Origin: Minisyncoccia bacterium
GTDB lineage: Bacteria > Patescibacteriota > Minisyncoccia > Phycocordibacterales > UBA9973
DNA: 64,000 nucleotides
Assembly (NCBI GenBank): GCA_039809245.1
Contig: JBDHUP010000002.1
Span: 11,188-75,187 of the forward strand
Direction: 5' to 3'
The notes under the pieces were generated by a model, which saw nothing but the letters and a program-made list of their open reading frames with translations, was not told the DNA's origin and made no database searches. A program made the position numbers and the translations under genes. Within the stretch, counting starts at the first letter, position 1. Each line of letters starts with the position of its first letter. This document shows positions 1 through 10,184 of the stretch, in pieces.

Positions 1-496
1 CTAAGTTTCTTAAGAAATCCTTCTTTCCTTCTGGAGTTTCTATATCTAAAGTATCCTCGGTCATGCGGATGAGATATTTCTTTATGAAATCCTCTTTCTT
101 CTCCATTGAGTCAGTCTCTAGGTGAACATTGTAAACCTTCTCTCTATCTAATGGAAATGTTTCGAGAACATACTCGAAAGATACACAGTGGTTCGCTTCT
201 TCGAACATTTGCTTCGCTAAGTATAAATGACACTCTGGAGATTTAATATAAGGATAAACTCCAAGAGCAAGAGAACGATTGACGATAAGTTCTGCTGGGT
301 TGAAAAACGCCATTAGAAATTCAACAGCGTGGCGTTCATCTTCTGTCATTGCTTTCCAGTCAACAAGATCTTCTCCTAATGCAATCTCATGCGGGAACCA
401 TGTATTTCGAACAGCTTGGTTGTAAAGTTCATATGCCCACTTGTAGTGCATAGGATGGAGGTTCATATCCTCCGGTGATGCTTTTCCTAAAATCAT
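1..496 (-). CDS. nrdB: Class I ribonucleotide reductase beta (small) subunit, N-terminal ~165 aa; gene runs off the window start
   Basis: Own minus-strand translation MILGKASPEDMNLHPMHYKWAYELYNQ...FEEANHCVSFEYV...TPEGRKDFLRNL with a ferritin-like diiron E..H motif; lies immediately downstream of nrdA on the same strand. Confidence 0.65.
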   Translation of the reverse strand, partial: MILGKASPEDMNLHPMHYKWAYELYNQAVRNTWFPHEIALGEDLVDWKAMTEDERHAVEFLMAFFNPAELIVNRSLALGVYPYIKSPECHLYLAKQMFEEANHCVSFEYVLETFPLDREKVYNVHLETDSMEKKEDFIKKYLIRMTEDTLDIETPEGKKDFLRNL

Positions 497-611
497 ATAT
501 GTAAGGCCGAGTAAATTCTTTTATGAAAAAATGTCTGGCCGAGTGTAAACACGAGGAGACCCGAGGACTTTTTTCAGAATAGAATTTACGAGGCAAATAA
601 ACTAATAATAA

Positions 612-3218
612 TTACTGACAACTTTCGCACAAAAACTTATCGTTTGGATCCTCAGGTAGGCATATATGCGAGGCTTCTTCTGATTCTTTAGTGGTAATTT
701 TAGCTACATCTGCTATGTTCTCTCCTTTTGGAAGAGGTGCTAGTGGTGTAATCTCGTTTAAAACAAGGTTAGATTCTTCTTTTACCTCTTCTGCTTCAGC
801 TTTCACTGGAGTACTACGAAGGGCTGCAAATCCACGACGTCCCATAGCTTCAGATTTATTAACTTTCGTTGTTGACTGTTCAGCAGTATGACGAGGCTTC
901 ATGTGTAAGTAGTAAGTAGTCTTGAGTCCTCGATCCCATGCACTTGTATAAATATTCATAATCTCATCTATATCGCGAATATCTAGATACATATTACGAG
1001 AGATTCCCATGTCTACCCATTTCTGTGCTCGTGCTGCAACTTCGATAAATGCATAAGGAGAAACTGAGAATGAAGTTTTATAAATGCGTTTGATATGATC
1101 TGGGATTTCTGCGATCTCACCTATATCTCCATGATGTTCTAGAATCTGTTCTCGAACTTTTTCCCAAAGATTTTCTTTCTGGAGAGCTTGGACTAGATTT
1201 GGATTTATCTCAAGATATTTACCAGAGATTTTATTTCGAGAGAACATCTGAGCAAATCTTGGATCGATACCTGGAGCTGTTCCGGCAACAAGACCTATGT
1301 TTGCATTTGGTGCAATAGCAAGTAGAGTTGCGTTTCGAATTCCCTTCTTTACTTTAGCTCGGACTTTATCCCAATCAAGAGCAGGTAACAACTTCGCTGA
1401 ATCTTTCTTTGTTAGAAGTTCGCGTCCACGCTCTTGTGCAAGTTTATCCATTGTATCGATTGGCACATGACCTTTCGCCCATTCTGAACCTTTGAAATTC
1501 TTGTAAGCACCACGCTCTTCTGCTAAGTCAGCAGATTCATCGATAGCCATGTATGAAATGAATTCGAAAACTTGATCAGAGAATTCAAATGCTTCCTTAT
1601 CTTCATATGAGTATCCAAGTTGTTCTATCGCATCAGAGAATCCCATGAGCCCGAGACCAACTGCACGATTCTCAGAGTCTGCGCGACGTGCTTCTGGTAT
1701 TGGAAGTTCATTTATATCTACCAAGTTATCGAGCTGACGAATTGCGAGGCGTGTACTGTCCTCTAGTCTGTGCCAGTCGATCTGACCATTCACTATATGA
1801 CGAGCTATGTTTATAGATACAAGATTACAGACAGCGACATTATCACGATCAGTTGGAAGAGTAACTTCTGTACATAGATTTGAGCAGTGGATAGTTCCAG
1901 TGTTGTTATTAAGCGCACGGACATTTATAGTATCCTTCCATGTAAGCCATGGATGTGAAGTAGTCTCAAGTGATACTAAGATGTTCTTGTACTGCTGTCG
2001 TGCTGGAAGAACGTTATATAGCTTGATCTTTCCAGACTTTGCCATCTCTACATACTCGTTATAACGCTTTGAGAACTCTTTACCATATAGCTCGTTTAGA
2101 TCAGCGACTTCTTTCGGATCAAATAAATACCAGTCGTCTCCTGCAAGGACACGCTTCATAAATTCATCTGATATGTAGACGGCTGTGTTCGCAGTTCGAG
2201 CACGACGATAATCATCTCCATTGTTTTGCTTAAGGTCTAAGAAGTCTTGAAAGTTAAGATGCCAGTTCTCCATATAGAAACATAGAGCACCTTTCTTCTT
2301 TCCTCCACGTTGTACTGCACGAACAGCAGAGTCGATGATGTGCATGAATGGAATCGGGCCCGATGAAACTGTGTTGTTTGATTTAAGAAGTGAACCTTCG
2401 GCGCGAAGTTTTGTAACTGAAAGTCCGATACCACCTGTCGCCTTTGAAAGAAGTAAAACGTCAGAAACAGTTTTACCAATGTGCTCCATATCATCATGAA
2501 TTTCCATTAGGAAACAGTTTGAAAGTTTTGGCTTTGGAGTTCCTGCTCCAATATTTGAAGATCCAGCAGAAAGATATTCGAGTGCAGACATCTTTGAATA
2601 AAACTTTTTCGCCCACTCTGTCGGATTTGATTCATTGAGTGACATTCCCATCGCAACTCTCATCCAGAAATATTGTGGAGTCTCGAGTGGAGCTTGCTTC
2701 TCATCTTTCATTAAGTAACGATTTAGCATTGTTGAGAGTCCAGAATATTTATAGAGATCGTCGTTAGCAACATTTAAACTCTCAGCGAGTACATCAAGAT
2801 CGAAAAGTGTTCCCATTCTTTTATCAAGAAGGTTCTTTTCTACTGCATCATTAATATATTCTTTGAAATGTTGAGCGTGTAGTCTATTAAATTCATCTTT
2901 TGTGATAACTGCAGCCTCATTATCAGGGTCATAGTCCCCCATTACTTTCTTATATATGACTTTCAATAGCAATCTTGTGGCTATTTTGTCGAACTCGAGG
3001 TCGTATTGAGTATTTTGAAGAGCAGCATTGATAGTCGCGAGATCTAATTCTTCAGTTGTAATACCATCGTAGAGAGTTAATCGTGTTTCTGTTGCGATTT
3101 GAATGACTTTACTTATTGGATCTGTCATTCCGTAACATGCACGTTCTATGGATTTGTTAATACGGTCAGCATTGAAGGATGCTTTCGTCCCGTCTCTCTT
3201 TGTGATGGTGATTGTCAT
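612..3218 (-). CDS. nrdA: Ribonucleoside-diphosphate reductase alpha (large) subunit with N-terminal ATP-cone
   Basis: 868 aa ORF; ATP-cone-like N-terminus (KRDG..F..RI), RNR core motifs (SNCFL, CSNLCTE), C-terminal CxxC tail; followed by nrdB. Confidence 0.85.
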   Translation of the reverse strand: MTITITKRDGTKASFNADRINKSIERACYGMTDPISKVIQIATETRLTLYDGITTEELDLATINAALQNTQYDLEFDKIATRLLLKVIYKKVMGDYDPDNEAAVITKDEFNRLHAQHFKEYINDAVEKNLLDKRMGTLFDLDVLAESLNVANDDLYKYSGLSTMLNRYLMKDEKQAPLETPQYFWMRVAMGMSLNESNPTEWAKKFYSKMSALEYLSAGSSNIGAGTPKPKLSNCFLMEIHDDMEHIGKTVSDVLLLSKATGGIGLSVTKLRAEGSLLKSNNTVSSGPIPFMHIIDSAVRAVQRGGKKKGALCFYMENWHLNFQDFLDLKQNNGDDYRRARTANTAVYISDEFMKRVLAGDDWYLFDPKEVADLNELYGKEFSKRYNEYVEMAKSGKIKLYNVLPARQQYKNILVSLETTSHPWLTWKDTINVRALNNNTGTIHCSNLCTEVTLPTDRDNVAVCNLVSINIARHIVNGQIDWHRLEDSTRLAIRQLDNLVDINELPIPEARRADSENRAVGLGLMGFSDAIEQLGYSYEDKEAFEFSDQVFEFISYMAIDESADLAEERGAYKNFKGSEWAKGHVPIDTMDKLAQERGRELLTKKDSAKLLPALDWDKVRAKVKKGIRNATLLAIAPNANIGLVAGTAPGIDPRFAQMFSRNKISGKYLEINPNLVQALQKENLWEKVREQILEHHGDIGEIAEIPDHIKRIYKTSFSVSPYAFIEVAARAQKWVDMGISRNMYLDIRDIDEIMNIYTSAWDRGLKTTYYLHMKPRHTAEQSTTKVNKSEAMGRRGFAALRSTPVKAEAEEVKEESNLVLNEITPLAPLPKGENIADVAKITTKESEEASHICLPEDPNDKFLCESCQ

Positions 3219-3277
3219 ACTTTTTGAAAAAATTAATTGCTGCTTAATAATAGTTTTTAGTAGTTCGTGTCTCTCGG

Positions 3278-3292
3278 GAGTATATTATACTC
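3278..3292. promoter_or_regulatory. 15-bp perfect palindrome gagtatattatactc ~60 bp upstream of the nrdA start; candidate operator
   Basis: Read directly from sequence; only weak resemblance to NrdR-box consensus. Confidence 0.2.
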
Positions 3293-3445
3293 TCTGGTTA
3301 ATAGATACGCCAAGTGAATAACGGAAAATTTAACAACTATGTCCTAACCTCATAAGTTCGTCAACCCTTCATAAAATTTATTTCAAAAAGTCCTTTTATA
3401 CTAGTCTATTTTCAGATAAAAATTGACATAAAATCACATAAAAGA

Positions 3446-3480
3446 AAATCTCCAAAAAATTAAATTTTCTTGGAGATTTT
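3446..3480 (-). terminator. Hairpin aaaatctccaa/ttggagatttt followed by a T-run on the minus strand; candidate terminator of the MFS gene
   Basis: Inverted repeat seen in sequence. Confidence 0.4.
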
Positions 3481-3562
3481 CTGACTGTTTTTTACTCACT
3501 TTTACTAGTACTATAGTACCTCAGCTTGATAACATTGCTCACAATAGACCTTCTTAAGACAA

Positions 3563-4804
3563 TTAAGACATATTTTGCTGCACAGGTTTGTACAACATTC
3601 GAAAAGCAATACCTGAACAGACTATTATAATAGAGGCTATTATAAGTGGAGTCGTAGGTAAGAGTGAAGCTGCAATAAATCCTGAGAGTATTGCAGGGAT
3701 AGCTTGAGCTAGAGCTTGCACAGAAGAGCTGATTCCCATTATTTCCCCTCTCTGATCAGATGGTGCTCGCTTTGAGAGCAAGCTGTTGATGTTGGCCATA
3801 GTCAGACCAGTACAGATAGAGAAGAATGGTGGAATCAAGAATAGTTGCCAAGCATGGTTGGGTAAGAAATATGCAAGTACCATAACTCCAGCTCCAAGCA
3901 GGGTCCAGCGTACAATTTTAAATTCTGGGAAGTACTTCACTGCTATCCTCGTAACTACGGCTTGGGTGAAGACACTCCAGAGCCCAACATAGGCAAAGAA
4001 GTCACCGATGTTGCCTTGAGTGAAATTAAATTTCTGAATCAAGAAAACTCCAAAGAAAGTTGTAAAAAAAGTAAATCCACCAAAGAAAAGGAAGTTCGTT
4101 AAGAATATTGAACTAAGTTCTGGCATTTTCATAGCTCTTTTGATATTTGAAATAGATTTACCCCAAGTAAGAGCCTCAGTTCTTAGATTATGATTTGTCT
4201 CAGGCACAAGGAATAGTACAGAGAGCATATTTATAGTTGCGAGTATCGCTGCGAAGTAGAACGGGGTCGCCGCATTGAACCATGATAAGACATGAGGATC
4301 AGAAAGTTTCCCTCCTATATATGGACCAAGGATAAACCCGAGCCCAAAAGCCGCTCCAAGCATCCCGAAGTTCTTGGCACGATTCTCCCCAGTAGAGACA
4401 TCCCCTATCATCGCCTGAGCTATTGAAATATTTCCACCAGTTACTCCATCAAAGAATCTTGAGAAGAAAAGGAGTGGAATATTTTTGGTAATAATACCTA
4501 TTGCGAAAAGTACATAAGAGATCGCTGTGCCGAATAGAGCGAGCCCTAAAATCTTCTTCCTGCCATACTTATCTGAAAGCTGACCAAGGATTGGAGTAGC
4601 CAAGAATTGCCCTATAGGATAGACAGCAATAAGTAGACCAAGTAGTAAATAGCCTTGGTTGATAGATGTACCCATCGGCAACATATACTCTATGGACAGA
4701 GGGTTGGCGAATAGCTGAGGAATGACAGGGATTAAAATACCGATCCCTAAGAGATCGATAAAAACTGTCAGAAATATAATTATCAGAATTTTACTTTTGA
4801 ACAT
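3563..4804 (-). CDS. MFS transporter (drug/H+ antiporter-like)
   Basis: 413 aa, ~12 TM; MFS signature region G..DKYGRKK and DVSTGENRAKNFGMLGAAFGLGFILGP. Confidence 0.8.
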   Translation of the reverse strand: MFKSKILIIIFLTVFIDLLGIGILIPVIPQLFANPLSIEYMLPMGTSINQGYLLLGLLIAVYPIGQFLATPILGQLSDKYGRKKILGLALFGTAISYVLFAIGIITKNIPLLFFSRFFDGVTGGNISIAQAMIGDVSTGENRAKNFGMLGAAFGLGFILGPYIGGKLSDPHVLSWFNAATPFYFAAILATINMLSVLFLVPETNHNLRTEALTWGKSISNIKRAMKMPELSSIFLTNFLFFGGFTFFTTFFGVFLIQKFNFTQGNIGDFFAYVGLWSVFTQAVVTRIAVKYFPEFKIVRWTLLGAGVMVLAYFLPNHAWQLFLIPPFFSICTGLTMANINSLLSKRAPSDQRGEIMGISSSVQALAQAIPAILSGFIAASLLPTTPLIIASIIIVCSGIAFRMLYKPVQQNMS

Positions 4805-4857
4805 TGATCTACTTTACCACATAGCGATTAACTAACAAAATATGTATACTATATGCT

Positions 4858-5775
4858 ATGGAAATTGGAACAATGATAGTAACAGTCTTGGGTTTATGCT
4901 TATTTGAAATCATTTCGAGTATTGATAATGCCGTCATAAACGCCGAAGTATTAAGCACTATGAGCCAAAAAGGAAGAAGGTGGTTCCTACTTTGGGGTTT
5001 CTTGTTCGCTGTTATACTTGTCCGCGGATTGCTCCCATGGATTATAATCTGGGCGACTGTTCCCTCTCTTGGTCCAATAGGTGCTTTTACAGCTACATTC
5101 TCTAATGATCCAAGTGTCCACACTGCTATAGACACTGCTTCACCTATTCTACTTATGGGTGGTGGAGTATTCCTGGTATTTCTATTCTTCCATTGGCTTT
5201 TCCTTGAGAAGAAAAATGTAGGATTAAAAAGTGAAGAATTCTTTCAGAAGCATGGAATCTGGTTCTATGCGATTGTATCAGTAATTCTATCAGTAATAGT
5301 CTGGTACACAATGAAGATAAATCCTATGCTTGCCTTTGGTGCTGTTATCGGCTCAACTGCGTTCTTTATTACTCATGGATTTAAAGAAAACGCTGAGAAG
5401 GGTGAAGAGAAATTATTAAGTGGTGACAACAAAATGAGTGATCTATCAAAAATACTCTACCTTGAAGTTATAGACGCAACATTCTCTATCGATGGAGTAC
5501 TTGGAGCATTTGCTTTCACACTATCTATCCCACTTATTATATTAGGTAATGGACTCGGTGCATTTATACTCCGCAGACTCACAATTGGTAATATTGATAA
5601 TATAAAAAAATACGCCTTCCTAAAGAATGGCGCAATGTATTCAATCTTTGCTCTTGGTGTCATTATGGTCACAGATGGATTCGGAGCCCATATTCCCGCT
5701 CTCCTATCCCCTATAGTTACATTTATAATAATCGGCTACTTCTTCTTCAAATCTAAAAAAGCTGCTATTCGATAG
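4858..5775 (+). CDS. Integral membrane protein (TerC/DUF475-like)
   Basis: 305 aa, multiple TM helices; family assignment from memory of N-terminal motif only. Confidence 0.35.
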   Translation: MEIGTMIVTVLGLCLFEIISSIDNAVINAEVLSTMSQKGRRWFLLWGFLFAVILVRGLLPWIIIWATVPSLGPIGAFTATFSNDPSVHTAIDTASPILLMGGGVFLVFLFFHWLFLEKKNVGLKSEEFFQKHGIWFYAIVSVILSVIVWYTMKINPMLAFGAVIGSTAFFITHGFKENAEKGEEKLLSGDNKMSDLSKILYLEVIDATFSIDGVLGAFAFTLSIPLIILGNGLGAFILRRLTIGNIDNIKKYAFLKNGAMYSIFALGVIMVTDGFGAHIPALLSPIVTFIIIGYFFFKSKKAAIR

Positions 5776-5777
5776 AT

Positions 5778-6440
5778 TTATAATGTCTTCTCAGATTTCC
5801 AAGCCCTGTAAGACATATATAGGAATAGAAAGCACACTAGTATAAACGTCATAGCTTCAGCAAAGTGGGCTGAATGAGATAATGTCTTAAATGTATGACC
5901 AAAAAATCTGGCATCAGTGAATATGTCCCAGCTATTGAATCTTAGATAACGCCCTATGTATATACCCACACTAGCAAAAAAAATAATTACAGGAACACTA
6001 GTGTTTGCAACTTTCTTCGAAAATCTTTTCTTAAAGATATTTTCAATATGAAAAATTGAATACATCCCAAGTATTAACCCCGCCCAAGCTGAAGAGAACA
6101 AAAGAAAAGTATCAAAAAGTATTGGCGCTCCATGATTATTACCTATGTGAATGAGATCAGTCACTATATACGGAGCATTTGGTAAAAGTAAAATCCACAA
6201 TAGCAAACCTAATATAAGGAAGTGAATCTTTATATTACTTTTATTTGAATGCCAGAGTAAGATAGAACTCACAATGAAAGGAAGTATGGCTAAAAAGATA
6301 TTCCACAGAATATACACTAGGTAATCAGAACGGAAAACCAGAATGCGTAAAATGTTCAAGACAACTGCAAGCATTAAAAGAATACGTAAATCTTTTGGAA
6401 TACGTAGCATTGATGAATTATCTTTTTGTAGTGTATCCAT
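5778..6440 (-). CDS. Uncharacterised multi-pass membrane protein
   Basis: 220 aa hydrophobic ORF. Confidence 0.4.
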   Translation of the reverse strand: MDTLQKDNSSMLRIPKDLRILLMLAVVLNILRILVFRSDYLVYILWNIFLAILPFIVSSILLWHSNKSNIKIHFLILGLLLWILLLPNAPYIVTDLIHIGNNHGAPILFDTFLLFSSAWAGLILGMYSIFHIENIFKKRFSKKVANTSVPVIIFFASVGIYIGRYLRFNSWDIFTDARFFGHTFKTLSHSAHFAEAMTFILVCFLFLYMSYRAWKSEKTL

Positions 6441-6443
6441 AAT

Positions 6444-6842
6444 TTATGACACAGTTGAAGTACAGAATGCGCATTTCTTTGCCTCTATTGGTATCTCGCT
6501 TATACATTCTGGACACTTCTTTGTAGTTGGATCAAGTGGAGCTTCTTTCTTGGTACGAGCGATTAGCGCATTTATAGGCTTAACAATGAAAAAGTAAACT
6601 ACGCCGGCAACGATAAGGAAGTTGATAGTCGCATTTAATAAGTTTCCATATTGAAAATGACTACCATTTATAGTGAAAGACAAATCAGAAAAGTCTGGAC
6701 TTTTGATAACAGCACTGATAAATGGAGTGATAATGTTGTCTACAAGGGACTTCACTATCGTAGTAAAAGCAGCTCCAATAACCACACCGACTGCTAAATC
6801 AACAACATTCCCACGTAAAATAAACTGTTTAAACCCTTTCAT
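6444..6842 (-). CDS. mscL: Large-conductance mechanosensitive channel MscL with C-terminal Cys4 zinc-ribbon-like tail
   Basis: N-terminus MKGFKQFILRGNVVDLAVGVVIGAAF is the MscL signature; C-terminus CPEC...CAFC. Confidence 0.85.
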   Translation of the reverse strand: MKGFKQFILRGNVVDLAVGVVIGAAFTTIVKSLVDNIITPFISAVIKSPDFSDLSFTINGSHFQYGNLLNATINFLIVAGVVYFFIVKPINALIARTKKEAPLDPTTKKCPECISEIPIEAKKCAFCTSTVS

Positions 6843-6984
6843 ATTATCATTCTATATTTATTACCTATAATATACGATTATATCAAGTAAAATAAGGATT
6901 GTATACTTATTTGACATAAGCCATTAAATAGGTTAGAATGCTAATGAAAAAGTAACTTACACAAATTAAACCCCTTAAAAGATT

Positions 6985-7455
6985 ATGGTAGAAATTGAAA
7001 GCAAGTTTGAACCAGGTAAATCAATCTGGCAAACTGAAATGAAAAAAATTACGATAAAAATGCTGAAGACTTATTGTGATCTATTTGATATCAACATTAA
7101 CAAGCATTTTTTAAAGAAATCAAAAACCATTAAAAAGTATGGGAAAAGGATTATACATATTAAAAAGTATTCCGTTCCTGGAGCCATGATATTGGACATG
7201 TTCCGACCAACGATCGAGAAGCTTAGTAAAGAAGATGCATCGTTCCCAATATCCATGATTAACAATATGGAATTTGGATGTGGAACAACCTCCGAAAATC
7301 CTATATTTACAAATGATGACTTAATCTTTAAAGTTCAGCAAATTTTTTATGATAATAAAAAATCCCATGAAAAAAAATTTGGTGGGAAGGTTGAAATTTA
7401 TAGAGATGATCATATTGTTTTTAAAGGAACTTTTGATTTTATTCAAAAGAAATAA
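6985..7455 (+). CDS. Hypothetical lysine-rich protein
   Basis: 156 aa ORF with promoter-like TTGACA-N17-TAGAAT upstream (6931-6960). Confidence 0.35.
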   Translation: MVEIESKFEPGKSIWQTEMKKITIKMLKTYCDLFDININKHFLKKSKTIKKYGKRIIHIKKYSVPGAMILDMFRPTIEKLSKEDASFPISMINNMEFGCGTTSENPIFTNDDLIFKVQQIFYDNKKSHEKKFGGKVEIYRDDHIVFKGTFDFIQKK

Positions 7456-7476
7456 TCCCTATGTTCACTTGCTAAC

Positions 7477-7510
7477 CCGTGCGCAGACTATGTCTGCCAC
7501 GGTTTTTTTT
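7477..7510 (+). terminator. Imperfect hairpin followed by T8; rho-independent terminator
   Basis: ccgtgcgcagac-tat-gtctgccacgg then tttttttt. Confidence 0.55.
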
Positions 7511-10151
7511 ATTTAATTAGTGAAAGTTTTTGATTACTTATTTTAAAACGGATATGTTCAACTTTGCGCAGTATGTATTTTAGTCCTTCAACAAGAAGGA
7601 CATTAAACAAAATCCAAAAGATAATAATAGGAAGTGAATACATTGGTAGTGGGGCAAGGTTAAATATATGCCTCATAAAAGGTATAGCCATAGTAATAAC
7701 CAGAACTACAAGTGATATTACTATACTCCAGTTTAATTTCCTGTTTGAGAAGATATGATATGAAAAGATCGAATTATGAAGACTTCTAAATGAGAAAGAT
7801 GCCGCAAACAGATAAGAAGCAAAACAGACGAAGAATATAGATCTAGCTTCTGCAATATTTGGAATTAATTTTATTAGAATATCATAGAGTACTAGTAGTG
7901 ATAGTGAAGTTAGAATACCGATGCTAAGAGTTAATATCTTTACTTCTCTAGTAAATATTTGTTTTGATTCATTTTTTGAAAATCTCTTCTTATCCATATT
8001 ATCATCAAAAGCAAAAGCAAGTGAAGGCAGACTTCCGGTAAATAGATTAACCCATATTATCTGCAGAGCGGTTAGAGGTAGAGCAATGCCCATAATCAGA
8101 CTTCCCCCTATTACAAGCACCTCGTCGAAAGACGTAGCTATAAGGTAAACAACCGTCTTTCTTATATTGGCCAAGATTTTATGCCCTTCATCTATAGATA
8201 GACTAATAGTCTCAAAGTTATCATCAAGCAAGACTAGATCAGCCGCTGATTTAGCGACATCACTTCCAGATCCAAGTGATATACCTATATCCATAGCTTT
8301 AAGGGCTGGAGCATCATTAACTCCATCCCCTGTCATAGCAACTACCTCACCAAGTCTCTGATACAGTCTTCCAATTCTAAGTTTATCTTCTGGTGTTACT
8401 CTAGCGAATATTTTAATCTTAGAAATTATGGCGAGTAATTCTTCGTCGGATAAATCTCTTATCTCCCCACCAGTTAGAACTTCGTTTTCTTCTACTTTCC
8501 AATCCAAACTCCGTGCTACAGAGATTGCTGTTCCTTTTAAGTCTCCTGTGACAAGAACCATTTTTATCCCATGAGACTCAATATTCTTAATAGCTTGTGG
8601 AACTTCAGTCCTTATAGGGTCAAAAAATATCAGCATTCCCATAAAATCCAAATCTTTTACTTCTTCAAGTGTTATATGTTTCTTGATATGCTTTTTCGGG
8701 AAAGTGGCAAGACCTATTAAGCGTTTACCATCCCGACTTGTAGTTTCAATCCATTCCTGAATTTTTAAATATTCCTCTTTTGAGACATTTGATCTTTTAA
8801 GCAATACATCAGGCGCACCCATGGCTATATACATTCCATCTTTCTCCGCAATCGAAAACTTATTAGTAGAATTAAAAGGCAGAACCAAATAAGACGAACC
8901 AGCAAGTATCGAATCAAGTGGTACATTATGGTTTAAACATGCTTTAGCGATATTTATTTCAAATGGTCTCCCATGGAAAGTCCAATCAACTCTATTCTTT
9001 TCTTGATTCTCAATCGAGACATCAACATTAAGTGATGCAAATTCTAATATTTTCTTTTGATCACTAGAAAATATTTTATTATCAGAACTCTTGTTACCAG
9101 AGAGTACCGAAGTCTTAGTATCTATACCCACTAGTTGCATATCAGCAAGTGTAAGAGTTCCTGTTTTATCAGTCATGATCAAAGTCGTCGAACCTAATGT
9201 TTCTGCAGCAGATAGCTTACGAATAATTCCTTTTTTATTAGCTATACGTAAAGCTCCCATAGCAAGTATGACAGTTAGAGTAATAGGTAAAGCTTCAGGC
9301 ACAGCTCCAACAGCAACAGCAGAAGATAAAACGAGCATTGGCAGTAAACTTTCCCCTCTTAAAAGACCGAGTACTAAAATACCGATAACTACCACAATAA
9401 CGACAATAAATATAAGCCAGGCAAGTTGATTGATTCCTTTCTGTAGTGGGGTCTCGACTCTTTTGGTTGCTGAGACAATACTCGCAATCTTCCCTATTTC
9501 TGTTGAATCACCAGTTGCATATATTATAGCTGTAGCATAACCTTGAACAACTAGAGTTCCAGCATGAGCTATATTTTTTCTTTCAGATACTGGTAGAGCT
9601 GGTGGAACTAATTCTTCATTTTTTTCAATTGGAATAGATTCCCCAGTAAGAATAGCTTCATCTACTTGAAAATTATTTACTGCAATAATACGGGCATCAG
9701 CTGGTATTCTCATACCATATGAAAGCTTAATTATGTCTCCAGGCACGAGTAAGCTTGAATCAACTTCTTGTTCAACTCCATTACGTATAATTCTGGATCG
9801 ATCTTTGATATAAGTAGTTAACTTTTCTAAGGTATTTTCAGCATGAAATTCATGATAGAACCCAAGTGCAACATTCATTAGAATAGCAAAAATAATTACA
9901 ATCATATCTATCCATTCAGAAAGGACTCCTGTCAGAACTACAGCTCCAACAAGTAGAAATATAAGTGGACTTAAAAACTGCTTTAAAAATAGTGCTACAG
10001 GACTTTGTTTTTCTTTCTTATGAAAAGTATTTGTGCCGTATTTTGATATTCTAGCTTGAGCCTCTTTGTCTGATAGACCAGTATTGGCTGTATTTAAAAG
10101 CTTTATGACTTCATCTTCACTAAGAGACCATGGGGATAAAATTTCCTGCAT
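7509..10151 (-). CDS. P-type cation-transporting ATPase (P2-type, Ca2+/Mg2+-like)
   Basis: 880 aa; DKTGTLT phosphorylation motif, [11 protein letters not shown] hinge motif, ~10 TM. Confidence 0.85.
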   Translation of the reverse strand: MQEILSPWSLSEDEVIKLLNTANTGLSDKEAQARISKYGTNTFHKKEKQSPVALFLKQFLSPLIFLLVGAVVLTGVLSEWIDMIVIIFAILMNVALGFYHEFHAENTLEKLTTYIKDRSRIIRNGVEQEVDSSLLVPGDIIKLSYGMRIPADARIIAVNNFQVDEAILTGESIPIEKNEELVPPALPVSERKNIAHAGTLVVQGYATAIIYATGDSTEIGKIASIVSATKRVETPLQKGINQLAWLIFIVVIVVVIGILVLGLLRGESLLPMLVLSSAVAVGAVPEALPITLTVILAMGALRIANKKGIIRKLSAAETLGSTTLIMTDKTGTLTLADMQLVGIDTKTSVLSGNKSSDNKIFSSDQKKILEFASLNVDVSIENQEKNRVDWTFHGRPFEINIAKACLNHNVPLDSILAGSSYLVLPFNSTNKFSIAEKDGMYIAMGAPDVLLKRSNVSKEEYLKIQEWIETTSRDGKRLIGLATFPKKHIKKHITLEEVKDLDFMGMLIFFDPIRTEVPQAIKNIESHGIKMVLVTGDLKGTAISVARSLDWKVEENEVLTGGEIRDLSDEELLAIISKIKIFARVTPEDKLRIGRLYQRLGEVVAMTGDGVNDAPALKAMDIGISLGSGSDVAKSAADLVLLDDNFETISLSIDEGHKILANIRKTVVYLIATSFDEVLVIGGSLIMGIALPLTALQIIWVNLFTGSLPSLAFAFDDNMDKKRFSKNESKQIFTREVKILTLSIGILTSLSLLVLYDILIKLIPNIAEARSIFFVCFASYLFAASFSFRSLHNSIFSYHIFSNRKLNWSIVISLVVLVITMAIPFMRHIFNLAPLPMYSLPIIIFWILFNVLLVEGLKYILRKVEHIRFKISNQKLSLIK

Positions 10152-10184
10152 TTTTACATTCTAGCATAGAAATGATATTTGATT

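Noticed and set aside
691-2638. Several short ORFs (691-891, 1807-2064, 2237-2497, 2444-2638) inside or antisense to nrdA
   Set aside because: They lie fully within a well-supported 868-aa RNR gene and show no recognisable motifs; they are spurious.
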